Assembly: GCA_022729235.1 (NCBI GenBank)
Contig: JALDAJ010000001.1
Location: 32,001 to 96,000, forward strand
Direction: 5' to 3'
Source of the DNA: Candidatus Nanohalarchaeota archaeon
GTDB taxonomy: Archaea > Nanohalarchaeota > Nanosalinia > Nanosalinales > Nanosalinaceae
Length of the DNA stretch: 64,000 bases
Shown here: one piece after another, positions 48,186-58,189 of the stretch
Position numbering within the stretch: the stretch's first letter is position 1
How the letters are laid out: each line of letters begins with the position of its first letter
Position numbers and translations under genes: made by a program
Notes under the pieces: generated by a model
Seen by the model: the letters and a program-made list of their open reading frames with translations, nothing else
Told to the model about the DNA's origin: nothing
Databases searched by the model: none

Positions 48186-48934
48186 TCTTCCTCAATCCGT
48201 GGCGCGAGTACGAAGCTGAGGTTCGCTTTGTCAGGCACTGTGAACTCCATTTTCATCGGGAAGTCTTCGCCGAGCCTGAGTGTTAAAGTATCGGCGAGTT
48301 TCTTGGCGCCGATCATGTTGTCGAGGTAGTCGAGGGAGAACATCGAGTTCGCCTCATCTCCTTCAAGTTCGAGGACTCCGTCTGCACCGCTGTCGATATG
48401 GAAGTTAGCGTTGCTCTGGTCTCCTTCTGCTTCTATGTTGATGCCGTCTTCGTCCGCGGAAATCCTTACTGAGTCGCCAACGACCATGGCGTCGCCGATA
48501 GCGTCTTCGATGACACCGGTTTCAAGTTCCGCTTCCACAGTAAAGTCGAGGTTTCTCGTGTCTGGTATGTCGTCCTCTGAAAGGTTGAGGATCGGTAGGG
48601 AGAAGTTTCTCGTTGATCTGCCTTCCATCCTTATGTAGAACTTGGAGTCGTCTTCTTTGACCTCGAAGACGATAGTATCGCTTGAGTTTGCACGTCTGAG
48701 AATCGAGTAAAGGTTCTCAAGATTGAGACCTACCTTTGTCTCTTCTTCAAGCTCATAGTCTTCAAAAACGTCTTCTTCCAGCTGGAAATCGACAAGCGCG
48801 ACCATCGCAGGGTCTGCCGCGATAAGCTCTACCCCGTCTTCGTTTAACTGGAAAATCCCTTCTGATATGAGATCTGAAATGGTTTTCATTGAATCCTGGA
48901 TAAGGCTAACGTCTTCTAGTTCTGCTTTAAACAC
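48182..48934 (-). CDS. pcn: DNA polymerase sliding clamp PCNA
   Basis: AADPAMVALV, FSLDYL and LAPRIEE motifs. Confidence 0.96.
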   Translation of the reverse strand: MFKAELEDVSLIQDSMKTISDLISEGIFQLNEDGVELIAADPAMVALVDFQLEEDVFEDYELEEETKVGLNLENLYSILRRANSSDTIVFEVKEDDSKFYIRMEGRSTRNFSLPILNLSEDDIPDTRNLDFTVEAELETGVIEDAIGDAMVVGDSVRISADEDGINIEAEGDQSNANFHIDSGADGVLELEGDEANSMFSLDYLDNMIGAKKLADTLTLRLGEDFPMKMEFTVPDKANLSFVLAPRIEEE

Positions 48935-48952
48935 TCCTCTCCCACCTTTGTG

Positions 48953-49282
48953 TTATTCAGAAGTGTTGACAACTTTTTTAACCCTGTCGTAGACATCTGG
49001 ATCGACGTCCTCGAAGTCCTGGGCTATCTCGCCCTGTATTTCGAACGAGTCAGGAGTTGGAAGTACTCTTCCAAGGACGCGGATACGCTGTCCTTCTTCC
49101 ACATCTTCTATATCGTCTTCTTCAAGAAACACTTCCACTGTACCCGTCCCATCGTCAAGCGCTACTGAACTGTCATCCTTCGATATCAATGTACCTACTA
49201 CGCGGACGCGTATGTCGTCCCTGGGTTCGATTTCTTCGATATTCTTTGGTACTGCGGGTGCTCTTCTCTGGTTCTCCGGCAT
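48953..49282 (-). CDS. OB-fold protein (RPA small-subunit-like)
   Basis: RRAPA, VRVVGT, LDDGTG and RVLG motifs. Confidence 0.8.
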   Translation of the reverse strand: MPENQRRAPAVPKNIEEIEPRDDIRVRVVGTLISKDDSSVALDDGTGTVEVFLEEDDIEDVEEGQRIRVLGRVLPTPDSFEIQGEIAQDFEDVDPDVYDRVKKVVNTSE

Positions 49283-49362
49283 ATCTTATGCGAGGGGTTA
49301 AACTGTTTTAACTATATTGATTCCCGGGAGGTTTCAAATACAGCCGCGTAAAAACACTGTTT

Positions 49363-49953
49363 ATGGACCCTCTGGGGAAGAAAGGTGAGCAGGCGCTTGA
49401 AGGCGTCCAAAACGTATCGCAGAGACTGGAGCAGCTTGAATCGCACCTACAGGCGGTTGACAGCGCGCTTCAGGACTTTATGCAGGATTCACGTGACATC
49501 CTCCAGGAGGAGCACGACATCGAACAGCGGGAGCTGGAGCAGATAGGGAAGCTGGCGGATAAAACTCCTGATGAGAAAACTGTTGAAGAGCTGGAAGAGA
49601 AAGTTGAAGACCTTGAGCACCGGCAAAAGAAGACGGAGCGGAAGATAAAAGAGGTACTTGACAGCGAGTTGATGGGCGCGGTCTCAAGAGTTACAGATAC
49701 TATAAAAAAAGTTAACCGATCTTCGAGGGGCCTCCGAGAAGATTTACAGGGATTGGAAGACCGTGTCGGCGAGCTGGAGAACAACTTCATCCTCGAGGAG
49801 AACAAGCGGGACTACGACTTCCAGCAGAAACTGGACAAGTCCGAGTTCGAAGCCGAACGTGTGGAGATGCTGGACGAAATCAGGAAGCTGCGCGCCTCAG
49901 TCAATGTCCTCGCGGACGAACTGGACAAGAAAGACGAGATAGAGGTTGAGTAG
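49363..49953 (+). CDS. coiled-coil protein
   Basis: continuous heptad repeats. Confidence 0.75.
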   Translation: MDPLGKKGEQALEGVQNVSQRLEQLESHLQAVDSALQDFMQDSRDILQEEHDIEQRELEQIGKLADKTPDEKTVEELEEKVEDLEHRQKKTERKIKEVLDSELMGAVSRVTDTIKKVNRSSRGLREDLQGLEDRVGELENNFILEENKRDYDFQQKLDKSEFEAERVEMLDEIRKLRASVNVLADELDKKDEIEVE

Positions 49954-50112
49954 TCGTTTGTGAAGTTTTCGATGCGCCAGAAGACAGCAAGTCCTGTATC
50001 ACCGACTAAATATCGCTTAATTCGTATACCTTAGAAATCGAGATTTAAACCAGATGGTTCTTCGGGAACTTCTAGTTTATACTTAAGCTTTACTCTGAAA
50101 CCAGTTTTTAGG

Positions 50113-50421
50113 ATGAACGAGTCACAGGATCATGAAAATTCGGAGTCCTTAAACCTTGTGTACGACGGAAACATATTCAATGAGTCTGCTAATCTAGGAG
50201 GTCCTAAATTCGTGGATGCGAGAGAATACGAATCTGCTCTTTACTCTTTAAACCAGATTGAAGCCGATGGCACTGTTGTAGATATCTATCATCATGATAA
50301 AACATCCCGGTCTGAACCAGCCAGATTCCCTGCAGAGCTATGGGTAGAGACTACAGATCCTGAGCACCTCAGGGAGCTCCTTAAACAAGACCCCGCTATT
50401 AACTATCTGCCGGCTGAGTAA
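50113..50421 (+). CDS. hypothetical protein (orphan)
   Basis: 102-aa ORF. Confidence 0.6.
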   Translation: MNESQDHENSESLNLVYDGNIFNESANLGGPKFVDAREYESALYSLNQIEADGTVVDIYHHDKTSRSEPARFPAELWVETTDPEHLRELLKQDPAINYLPAE

Positions 50422-50757
50422 TCAGTCATACTCTTTGTGAACGTTTCCGCACTCCTTGCATTCGTAGAACCGTGTTGGTGGTTCGTCGCTAGCTCTTGTC
50501 TGTTCCATCCACCATTCGTGTTCTGTTTCTTCCCCACAGCTTGGGCATTCTTTCGTCGTGACTGGCCTGGTAGATGCCTCGTCGTCTTCCGAGGAGACGT
50601 TTAACCGATCCATAGGGTCTTCTTCCTTCTCCTCTGTCACTGTGTAGTCGCCGCCTTCTACGTCCTGTAAATGCCCGCAGTTACGGCATTTCATGACTGT
50701 TTCACCATTTTTCTTCTCGGATACTAGCATTCCTCCGCATTCGTCACAAAATTCCAT
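50422..50757 (-). CDS. tfs: transcription factor S (TFS)
   Basis: FCDECG and QTRASDEPPTRFYEC motifs. Confidence 0.95.
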   Translation of the reverse strand: MEFCDECGGMLVSEKKNGETVMKCRNCGHLQDVEGGDYTVTEEKEEDPMDRLNVSSEDDEASTRPVTTKECPSCGEETEHEWWMEQTRASDEPPTRFYECKECGNVHKEYD

Positions 50758-50827
50758 ACTTGAGCATTTTACCTAAGTTACCTTTAAATGGGTATCGTCA
50801 GGCAGAAGACGGGAAACATCTGCACAA

Positions 50828-51346
50828 CTATAACTCTCTACCGGCGCAGGAGTAGATGTTGTTGATGCTGAGCGGATTGTTAGAACCTTCTACATTCGAC
50901 TCTCCTATCCCGGTTATATCCATCGCCAGAAGCTTCAGGTTTCCTGCAAGAGGAATCCTGAAAAGTACCTGTCCGTGTATCTGTTCCGGACGTATATCTC
51001 GTTCCCACTCGTTTTGACCCCGCGTGTTATCTCCTCTTGTCTCCAGGTACCCGTCGTGCGTATCCACTACCCTGTGGACGACCGGTATCTCTACTTCCGG
51101 TGTTGAAAACACTATTATGTCACCCTCCTCTATTTCTTCGAACTCCATCCCGCTAACCAGGAGGATATCTCCTACGTCAAGCTCCGGGTACATCGAACAA
51201 GAGACAACAGAAACAACAGGTCTGTCCGTATCCATGACTGTTCCAGCAGTTTGCAGGGTTCCAAAGGCTAGTATAAGTGCAACTGCCAGGAAGTAGAACT
51301 CCCTGAAACTTCTTGAATCTCTTACGTTTTCCCATCTCTTGCTCAT
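50828..51346 (-). CDS. signal peptidase I (Sec11 type)
   Basis: SCSMYP, VVHRV and TRGDN motifs. Confidence 0.9.
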   Translation of the reverse strand: MSKRWENVRDSRSFREFYFLAVALILAFGTLQTAGTVMDTDRPVVSVVSCSMYPELDVGDILLVSGMEFEEIEEGDIIVFSTPEVEIPVVHRVVDTHDGYLETRGDNTRGQNEWERDIRPEQIHGQVLFRIPLAGNLKLLAMDITGIGESNVEGSNNPLSINNIYSCAGREL

Positions 51347-51376
51347 AGAGTATCTTGCCCCAGTCTTCTTTTTCAA

Positions 51377-51916
51377 TCAATCGAAAGCACGACCCATCAT
51401 GTGCGCAACGCGTATAGGTTCAGGTGTGAGCCCATGGATTATCGAGCTTTCAACGATGCTTTTCGCTCTTTCAAAGTCCGTTCCCGCATACTGTATGTAG
51501 GTTTTGCCATCCTTCAGCTCGATTTCTTCTGCATCCCCTAACCGGTCAAAGACTTCATCGTAGTTACCTGTCTTCTCCATAGTGTCCTTAAACCGGTCAC
51601 GGTCCGGCTTGTTGGAGGTTACCACTATAACAGGTCTTTCTATCTCCTCCGAGACCTTTTCGAAGTCGACAATATTGAAACCTGCAAAACTTATACCGTC
51701 CAGCATCACAGCCTTTATCTGGGTCGTGTTATTGCAACGGTTGAAAAGCTCCACCACTTTTTCAGTCGCGTCACCGCCATCTACCTCGATATCGGTGGTA
51801 ACGATATCTTCTATGAACTCTGTACCGCGGTAAACAACACCGGTCAGAAACGTTTCCTCATCCTCGAATTCAAAGGCAGCATCGTCTATACCAAGGACTC
51901 TGATACCTTGTTTCAT
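51377..51916 (-). CDS. DUF99 family (endonuclease V-like) protein
   Basis: RVLGIDD, DGISFAGFNIVD and PEPIRVAH motifs. Confidence 0.9.
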   Translation of the reverse strand: MKQGIRVLGIDDAAFEFEDEETFLTGVVYRGTEFIEDIVTTDIEVDGGDATEKVVELFNRCNNTTQIKAVMLDGISFAGFNIVDFEKVSEEIERPVIVVTSNKPDRDRFKDTMEKTGNYDEVFDRLGDAEEIELKDGKTYIQYAGTDFERAKSIVESSIIHGLTPEPIRVAHMMGRAFD

Positions 51917-51942
51917 AAAGAGAATATTACTGATGAAGAAAT

Positions 51943-52185
51943 TTACAGTTGATCCTCTATCTCATCCATCCACTCTCTCGCAGTCTCGATCGCGTCCTCA
52001 AGGATCTCTTTCTGATCGTCACCTTCGATTATTAGCTGTGACTCATCGCCTAGAGGGTGACCTTTGTCGTAGGCTGCCTGTCCGCTTTTCTCCCATACAG
52101 CCTTCCGGATAAGATTTGCGATACCGTGGTTCTGTTGCATGTCGATGATAAGTCTATCGTCTTTCTCAACTGTCTCAAGTTCCAT
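51943..52185 (-). CDS. rpoL: RNA polymerase subunit L (Rpo11)
   Basis: H.IANLIR and AAY...HPL motifs; context. Confidence 0.85.
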   Translation of the reverse strand: MELETVEKDDRLIIDMQQNHGIANLIRKAVWEKSGQAAYDKGHPLGDESQLIIEGDDQKEILEDAIETAREWMDEIEDQL

Positions 52186-52786
52186 TGTCGTCTATCCTCC
52201 TTGTTATGATAACATCAACGGGTGTTTCCCGTGACTCTTCGGTGTGGAAACCATAGCTCGGACCGAGCGCTATAGTATACTCCTCGACTCCGAGCACTTC
52301 ATGTCCGTATTCCTCCGATAACTCTTTTATACGTTCCCGCACACCTCTCGGAGCCACGCTGTAAACCGCATCAGCGATGGAGAAAGCTTTCCGGAAGAAC
52401 TTAAGCCCTGTATCAGAGTGTACAGAGAACGGCGGGTTCATGACACAGGTATCGAACTTGCTGTTAACTCCTGTCGCATCTCGTTCCACTAACTCAATCG
52501 CGTCAACAGCATCCAGCTTCTCGGCGTTCTCCCTCGCGATCTCCAGCGCCCCGGCATCCTTCTCTACCGCGGTAACTCTTGCTCCTGCTAAAGCCGAACC
52601 GATAGCGAGAATTCCTGTACCTGTGCCGAGATCGACAACCTCGCAGTTTTCGATGTCACCCTGCATGTACGCGGTATGGATAATATCGGCTGCCAGCTCC
52701 GGCGGGGTCATATACTGCTCCAGCTCGATATCCGGCTGGGAGAAGCTGTCGAGCTGAGAAAGTTTACGCACAAGCTCTGTCTTCAT
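52175..52786 (-). CDS. METTL5-family N6-adenine methyltransferase
   Basis: LEQYMTP, DLGTGTG and MNPPF motifs. Confidence 0.9.
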   Translation of the reverse strand: MKTELVRKLSQLDSFSQPDIELEQYMTPPELAADIIHTAYMQGDIENCEVVDLGTGTGILAIGSALAGARVTAVEKDAGALEIARENAEKLDAVDAIELVERDATGVNSKFDTCVMNPPFSVHSDTGLKFFRKAFSIADAVYSVAPRGVRERIKELSEEYGHEVLGVEEYTIALGPSYGFHTEESRETPVDVIITRRIDDNGT

Positions 52787-52838
52787 GTTCTCAGGTCAGA
52801 CGTGAAGGATTTAAGATTAACGCTCCATCACGTAGGGC

Positions 52839-54470
52839 ATGCCCGAGGCAACTGAAGAATTCGAAGACCTTTCACGTGAAGAGCTTGTAGAGAAAATCAA
52901 GAAGATGCAGGAGGATAAAGTGGTTTTCTTTGAACCACAGCGAGAGATAATAGTTTCGAATCCTTCTGAGGAAACGCTTAATGAGATATCAGAAATCGCG
53001 CACATGGCAACCTCCTCGGGCGAACACTACAAGTTCGAAGTACGGGAGATGGATATCTGGAACTCTGAGCTATCTCTTGAAGAAATGAGAGAGAAATACA
53101 CGAGGATACTGGGATCGTATCCCCGGTTCATAGAATGGCTGGAGAGAACCTATGAAAAGCAGGAGATGTTCTCGATAGAACATGAAGGTACCTATCACGC
53201 CCTGGTAGCGGAAGACGAGGAACGCATGGAGTGGGCGCGCAGTATCGAGGGGGTACGGGACAACCTCGCTGTTGACCTTACAGACAACAAGTCCCGTATC
53301 GCGATGGGAGCCAAATCCCGCGCAAAAATCAAGGAGGCTCTGCTGAAGAAAGGCTACCCGGTAGAGGACAACTCCAAGTTCCGGGAGGTCGACGAGAAAA
53401 TCGGTGCTGACCTGAAAATCGACCTGAGGGATTACCAGGAAGAGTACGTCGCGAGAGCTTACGATGAAAAGGCAGCAGTACTGGCGAACCCTGCCGGCTC
53501 AGGTAAAACAGTTACTTCTATCGGCCTCATGGCCAGGATAGATGCGCCAACACTGGTGCTCGTACCACAGCGCTCGCTGGTGAACCAGTGGAAGCGCGAG
53601 ATACTTGACAAGACAACTATCACCGAGGACCAGATAGGCGAGTTCCACGGCGGTGACAAGGAGATGAACGATGTGACCATCGCGACATACCACATGGCGG
53701 GAGAGAAGACCTCGCTGTTCCGGAAGGACTGGGGTCTGATAATCTTCGATGAAGTCCACCACATCCCCTCACAGCTTTTCAGGAGAACCGCATCGCTACA
53801 GTCAACGCGCAGGATAGGTTTAAGCGCGTCACCTGTCAGGGAGGATTCAAAAGAAAGGGAGATATTCGCGCTTATAGGTCCTGAAATCGGCGGTGACTGG
53901 GCTCGTTTCTTCCAGCAGGACTTCGTCCTCAAGCCAGACGTGAAGATACAGTTCGCGGAGTGGGAGAGCGATGCCTACCGCCACAAGTACAACCAGGCAT
54001 CCGGAATCAAGAAGGCTATAATCGCCTCTAAAAACCCGGCGAAAAAGCAGCAACTGGAGAACCTCCTCGATGAACACAGCGATGACAAGACCATCATCTT
54101 CTGTGACTGGATAGACCAGGGAGAAGAACTGGAAGAAGAATACGATATACCTTTCATCTCCGGCGAAACAGATTACGAGGAACGGGAAAAATACTTCCAG
54201 AAGTTCCGTGACAACGAACTTGACACCCTCATCGTGTCCCGTATCGGCGACGAAGGTCTCGACCTGCCCGACGCAGAGATAGGTATCATCATGTCCGGAC
54301 AGGGAGGCTCAAGGAGACAGGCAACCCAGAGAGCAGGAAGAGTCATGCGCCCGTTCGGCGACGCCAAGGTCTACATGATAGCGACCAAGGGCAGCAACGA
54401 GGAAGACTTCGCCAAACACCAGGTAGAACTCCTGAAAGAGAAAGGAGTTCCTGTAACGGTGGAAGGGTGA
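52839..54470 (+). CDS. XPB/Rad25-family helicase
   Basis: PAGSGKT, DEVHH, GLSASPVRED and QRAGRVMRP motifs. Confidence 0.9.
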   Translation: MPEATEEFEDLSREELVEKIKKMQEDKVVFFEPQREIIVSNPSEETLNEISEIAHMATSSGEHYKFEVREMDIWNSELSLEEMREKYTRILGSYPRFIEWLERTYEKQEMFSIEHEGTYHALVAEDEERMEWARSIEGVRDNLAVDLTDNKSRIAMGAKSRAKIKEALLKKGYPVEDNSKFREVDEKIGADLKIDLRDYQEEYVARAYDEKAAVLANPAGSGKTVTSIGLMARIDAPTLVLVPQRSLVNQWKREILDKTTITEDQIGEFHGGDKEMNDVTIATYHMAGEKTSLFRKDWGLIIFDEVHHIPSQLFRRTASLQSTRRIGLSASPVREDSKEREIFALIGPEIGGDWARFFQQDFVLKPDVKIQFAEWESDAYRHKYNQASGIKKAIIASKNPAKKQQLENLLDEHSDDKTIIFCDWIDQGEELEEEYDIPFISGETDYEEREKYFQKFRDNELDTLIVSRIGDEGLDLPDAEIGIIMSGQGGSRRQATQRAGRVMRPFGDAKVYMIATKGSNEEDFAKHQVELLKEKGVPVTVEG

Positions 54471-54474
54471 AGAG

Positions 54475-54822
54475 ATGACTGAAGTAATCTATTTAGCCGA
54501 CAGAAAAGACGGAGAAGAACTTCGTGCCGTAGAACTTCATGAAATAGAAAGAGAACTCGAGGAAGAAAGCGATGGATGGTCGATAGATAATAAACTAGAA
54601 GATATCCCACAAGAAATCAGAGAACACGCCGAGCAAATAAGAAATGAGAAAGAAAACTCTGACCGGTTCTACGAAAACGTAGTAAGATATGAAATAGAGG
54701 GAGAAGGAGAAGCATACTTATTCAGAACTGAAAAGGGATACGTAATCGCCTCCGAAGAAGGTCTACCCGACGCCCTCCCCAATGAGGATAGTCCTGACGA
54801 ATTATACTTCGACCCTCAGTGA
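54475..54822 (+). CDS. hypothetical acidic protein
   Basis: 115-aa ORF. Confidence 0.65.
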   Translation: MTEVIYLADRKDGEELRAVELHEIERELEEESDGWSIDNKLEDIPQEIREHAEQIRNEKENSDRFYENVVRYEIEGEGEAYLFRTEKGYVIASEEGLPDALPNEDSPDELYFDPQ

Positions 54823-54857
54823 GGAGAATTATTAACTTACTGTTCTTAATCAACCGT

Positions 54858-54929
54858 ATGCCTATAATCGAAGCAGAGAACCTGTCGAAGACGTTCAGGA
54901 ATAAATTTTCTGGACTCTTCACAGAATAG
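54858..54929 (+). pseudogene. orphan duplicate of the ABC ATPase 5' end
   Basis: MPIIEAENLSKTFR versus MPIIKAENLSKTFR at 55574. Confidence 0.75.
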
Positions 54930-55488
54930 TGGAAAAGAGTGCAAACTCAACGACAACAACAGTAATTGCAAGCAGCAGTATCGTATATATAGCGTCAAAC
55001 CAGAAGAAACGTAGTTTATCACCTACATAAATTAGCGCCGCTACAGGCATGCCCAGAGTCGCAAACAGCGATCTTCTCCATTCTCTTTTAGAATGATGCC
55101 AAATATTCTTGGCGTCCGTTGAGCTTGGTATAGCATGCATACCTGTACTAAAACCTATCCAGGCAATGAATAGAGCTATCAAATTTAAAACCAAATTATT
55201 CTCGTTGATAGCCTGAACCTCAGTTGCAACAACAGCCAAGAGGGCGAGAGGTATGAACAACATAATTGCCAAAAATGTATTTATCAGGAAAGGAGCTCCT
55301 GAAATCGCAAATGTATCTGCAAAATTGTTAGTTCGTTCATGCTTAACATACCCTGCAGGATTGCCTATACGGAAATAACACACTTCAAAAACACGTACAT
55401 CTCTTCTATTACACATTCTCTCATGAGCATATTCGTGAATAATCACGCCTGGAAAAGTCAATATAGATATAAGCCAGCCCGGTATCAC
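54919..55488 (-). CDS. membrane metalloprotease-like protein (HExxH; DUF3267/M50-like)
   Basis: PGVIIHEYAH, APF and PSSTD motifs; AT-rich. Confidence 0.8.
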   Translation of the reverse strand: MIPGWLISILTFPGVIIHEYAHERMCNRRDVRVFEVCYFRIGNPAGYVKHERTNNFADTFAISGAPFLINTFLAIMLFIPLALLAVVATEVQAINENNLVLNLIALFIAWIGFSTGMHAIPSSTDAKNIWHHSKREWRRSLFATLGMPVAALIYVGDKLRFFWFDAIYTILLLAITVVVVEFALFSTIL

Positions 55489-55573
55489 GATTATAACTAT
55501 TAATTAAGCCCTATATAGAAGTTTTCCCGTTTAAACCTCATAAATTAAAACTATACTCGCTCTTCAAAATAAT

Positions 55574-56551
55574 ATGCCCATAATCAAGGCTGAAAACCTT
55601 TCCAAGACATTCAGAATTTACCAGCGAGAGGAAGGTATAACCGGATATCTAAAGGGCTTTCTTACCCGCGACTATCGGGAGGTCGACGCCGTTGAAGACC
55701 TTGACCTTGAAATCGAGAGAGGTGAGATGATAGGGTACATCGGTGCGAACGGCGCCGGTAAATCCACGACTGTGAAGATGCTGACCGGTATCCTCGAACC
55801 CTCGGGCGGCAGAATCGAGGTTGACGGGAGGAATCCTCACAGGGAGAGGAAAAAGAACGCGATGAACATCGGGGTCGTGTTTGGACAAAAAACGCAGCTC
55901 TGGTGGGACCTGCCGGTGCGGGAGTCCTTCAAGCTCCTGAGACAGATCTACGAGGTCGATGAAGACGATTTCGAGGAGCGTATCGAAGAGTTCGACGAGG
56001 TCCTGCAGCTGAAAGAGTTCTGGGAACAGCCCGTCAGGAAGCTTTCACTCGGACAAAAGATGCGCTGTGAGCTAGCCGCTGCATTTTTACACCACCCGCC
56101 GATAGTCTACCTGGACGAACCAACTATCGGTCTAGATGTCGCCGTGAAAGAACGGATACGTGACTTCATCCGGAAGATGAACCGGGAGAACAATATTACG
56201 GTAATGCTGACCACGCACGATATCGGCGATATAGAGGATTTATGTGATAGGATAGTGGTGTTGGACGAGGGCCGGAAGATATACGACGGCGAACTCGACA
56301 CGCTCGTCAACAGGTTCACGTCCCGGCGACTGATACTTGACCTGAAGTCGGAGCCCAACTTCCACCTGGAAAAAGAAGGTGTTGATGAAATCGATATCGA
56401 CGGGAGGACGGAGATAGTTTTCAACCGCGAGAAGATCTCCGCGTCGGATCTTATGAAGCGCGTCCTGGAGCGATATGACGTTATCGACTTCGAGCTGCGG
56501 GAGCCGAACATCGAGCAGGTTGTCAAGAAGATATACAACGAGGGTCTGTGA
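55574..56551 (+). CDS. ABC transporter ATP-binding protein
   Basis: GANGAGKST, LSLGQ and LDEPTIGLD motifs. Confidence 0.95.
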   Translation: MPIIKAENLSKTFRIYQREEGITGYLKGFLTRDYREVDAVEDLDLEIERGEMIGYIGANGAGKSTTVKMLTGILEPSGGRIEVDGRNPHRERKKNAMNIGVVFGQKTQLWWDLPVRESFKLLRQIYEVDEDDFEERIEEFDEVLQLKEFWEQPVRKLSLGQKMRCELAAAFLHHPPIVYLDEPTIGLDVAVKERIRDFIRKMNRENNITVMLTTHDIGDIEDLCDRIVVLDEGRKIYDGELDTLVNRFTSRRLILDLKSEPNFHLEKEGVDEIDIDGRTEIVFNREKISASDLMKRVLERYDVIDFELREPNIEQVVKKIYNEGL

Positions 56552-57339
56552 ATGCACCTGAGAAAGTACCTTGAGTTCACGCGTATCGGTATCAGGGAGG
56601 GCTCAGCCTACAGGTTCAACGCAGTCATGGCGCTCGGAACCTCGATACTCTACCTACTGCTGTACTTCTTCATCTGGAGCGCTATCGACGAGGCAGGGTC
56701 TATACAGGGAGGGCTGGGACAAGTCATGGCCTACCTTGTCATCGGGCAGCTGGTGTCTAACACAGTATTTATGAACACGGAGGAGTTCTTCGGCGAGAGG
56801 ATACGTAGAGGTACTATCGTAAACGAGCTGAAGCGCCCGATGTCCCTGCGTTTGCAGACCTATTTCTACGAAATCGGTTGGGCGTGCTTCAGGTTTGTGA
56901 CAAGAGGGTTACCGGTGTTCATTTTCGGCATGCTGTTTTTCGATGTCAGCCTTCCCGGTCTCTCCACGCTCGCGTTGTTCGGAGTGAGCATGTTCCTCAG
57001 CCTTAACCTAGTCTTCTCCTTCGCATACATCACCTCGATGCTGGTGTTCTGGACCAAAATAGACTGGAGCGTCAGGATGGCAAGGAACGTCATCCAGAAC
57101 CTGTTCTCGGGAGTTATGTTTCCCCTCTACCTGCTTCCCGGGACGCTTGAGACCGTTTTCAACGCACTGCCGTTCCAATCCATGGCTGACGGTCCGATTT
57201 CGATATACCTGATGCAGCAAACCGGCGAGAGGCACTGATGGTTCTGGTCCAGCAGCTGGGCTGGATACTGTTCTTCCTCCTCGCGGGGGAACTGTTCTGG
57301 AGAAAAGCCCGGAAAAAACTGACGGTTCAGGGGGGATAG
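56552..57339 (+). pseudogene. ABC-2 permease with frameshift near 57228
   Basis: ORF stops at 57238; another frame continues EALMVLVQQLGW...LTVQGG* to 57339. Confidence 0.75.
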
Positions 57340-57340
57340 T

Positions 57341-58141
57341 ATGGACGCGAGGAAGCACCTGAAAATCTACTGGTACTACTTCAAGCAGTACTGGAAGTCC
57401 CGGCTTGTCTACAAGAAAGACTTCCTCCTCGGGTTCACCAGCCAGATGATCAACCTAGCGGTGTCGATAGCTTTCATCGGTCTCCTGTTCACGCAGGTCG
57501 ACGCCATCCAGGGCTGGACCTTCAACGAGATGCTCTTCCTCGCGGGACTGAGCGGTTTCATAATGAATCTGCACCACATCTTCATGTTCAACATATACCG
57601 GCTCGGAGACAACTACGTCGTCAGCGGTGACTTCGACCGTTTCCTGGTGCGACCGCTCAACCCACTGTTTCAGGTGTACGCGGACGACGTCGGAGACAAT
57701 AACCTGTCGAAGTTCCTCGCCAACATCTTCCTGATAGCGTATGCCTCCAGCCAGATAGGTCTCGAACTCCTGACTCTTAGCAACCTGACCTATGGAGTTT
57801 TCGCTGTACTGAGCGGGGTACTGGTGTTCGCATCGATGTACCTCTGGTTCGCGACCACCGCGTTCTGGACTGGTAGGAGCCGGGCCGCGATATGGCTGAT
57901 CTTCCGGCTCAGCGACTTCAGGAAGTACCCTTACAGCATCTACAGCTTCGGTATACAGATCATACTGATAACCATCGTCCCTATCGCGTTCGCCTCGTTC
58001 TTCCCCGCTACCTACTTCCTCGGGAAGGAGGGCTGGGCGTTCTGGCAGTACCTGACAATATTCGTAGGACCATTGTTCTTCCTCGTTGCCTACGGGTTCT
58101 GGAAGATAGGGCTGAAGAACTACTCAAGTACCGGGAGCTAG
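57341..58141 (+). CDS. ABC-2 family permease
   Basis: GDFDRFLVRP, KYP.SIY and C-terminal YSSTGS. Confidence 0.9.
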   Translation: MDARKHLKIYWYYFKQYWKSRLVYKKDFLLGFTSQMINLAVSIAFIGLLFTQVDAIQGWTFNEMLFLAGLSGFIMNLHHIFMFNIYRLGDNYVVSGDFDRFLVRPLNPLFQVYADDVGDNNLSKFLANIFLIAYASSQIGLELLTLSNLTYGVFAVLSGVLVFASMYLWFATTAFWTGRSRAAIWLIFRLSDFRKYPYSIYSFGIQIILITIVPIAFASFFPATYFLGKEGWAFWQYLTIFVGPLFFLVAYGFWKIGLKNYSSTGS

Positions 58142-58189
58142 AAAAAAGTAATAAGTTATACCATTTGGGAGGAAAAACACGATTAGATA

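Noticed and set aside
49951-50010. Possible C/D sRNA with TAGTCG/CGACTA terminal stem
   Set aside because: The boxes are degenerate and no target could be assigned.
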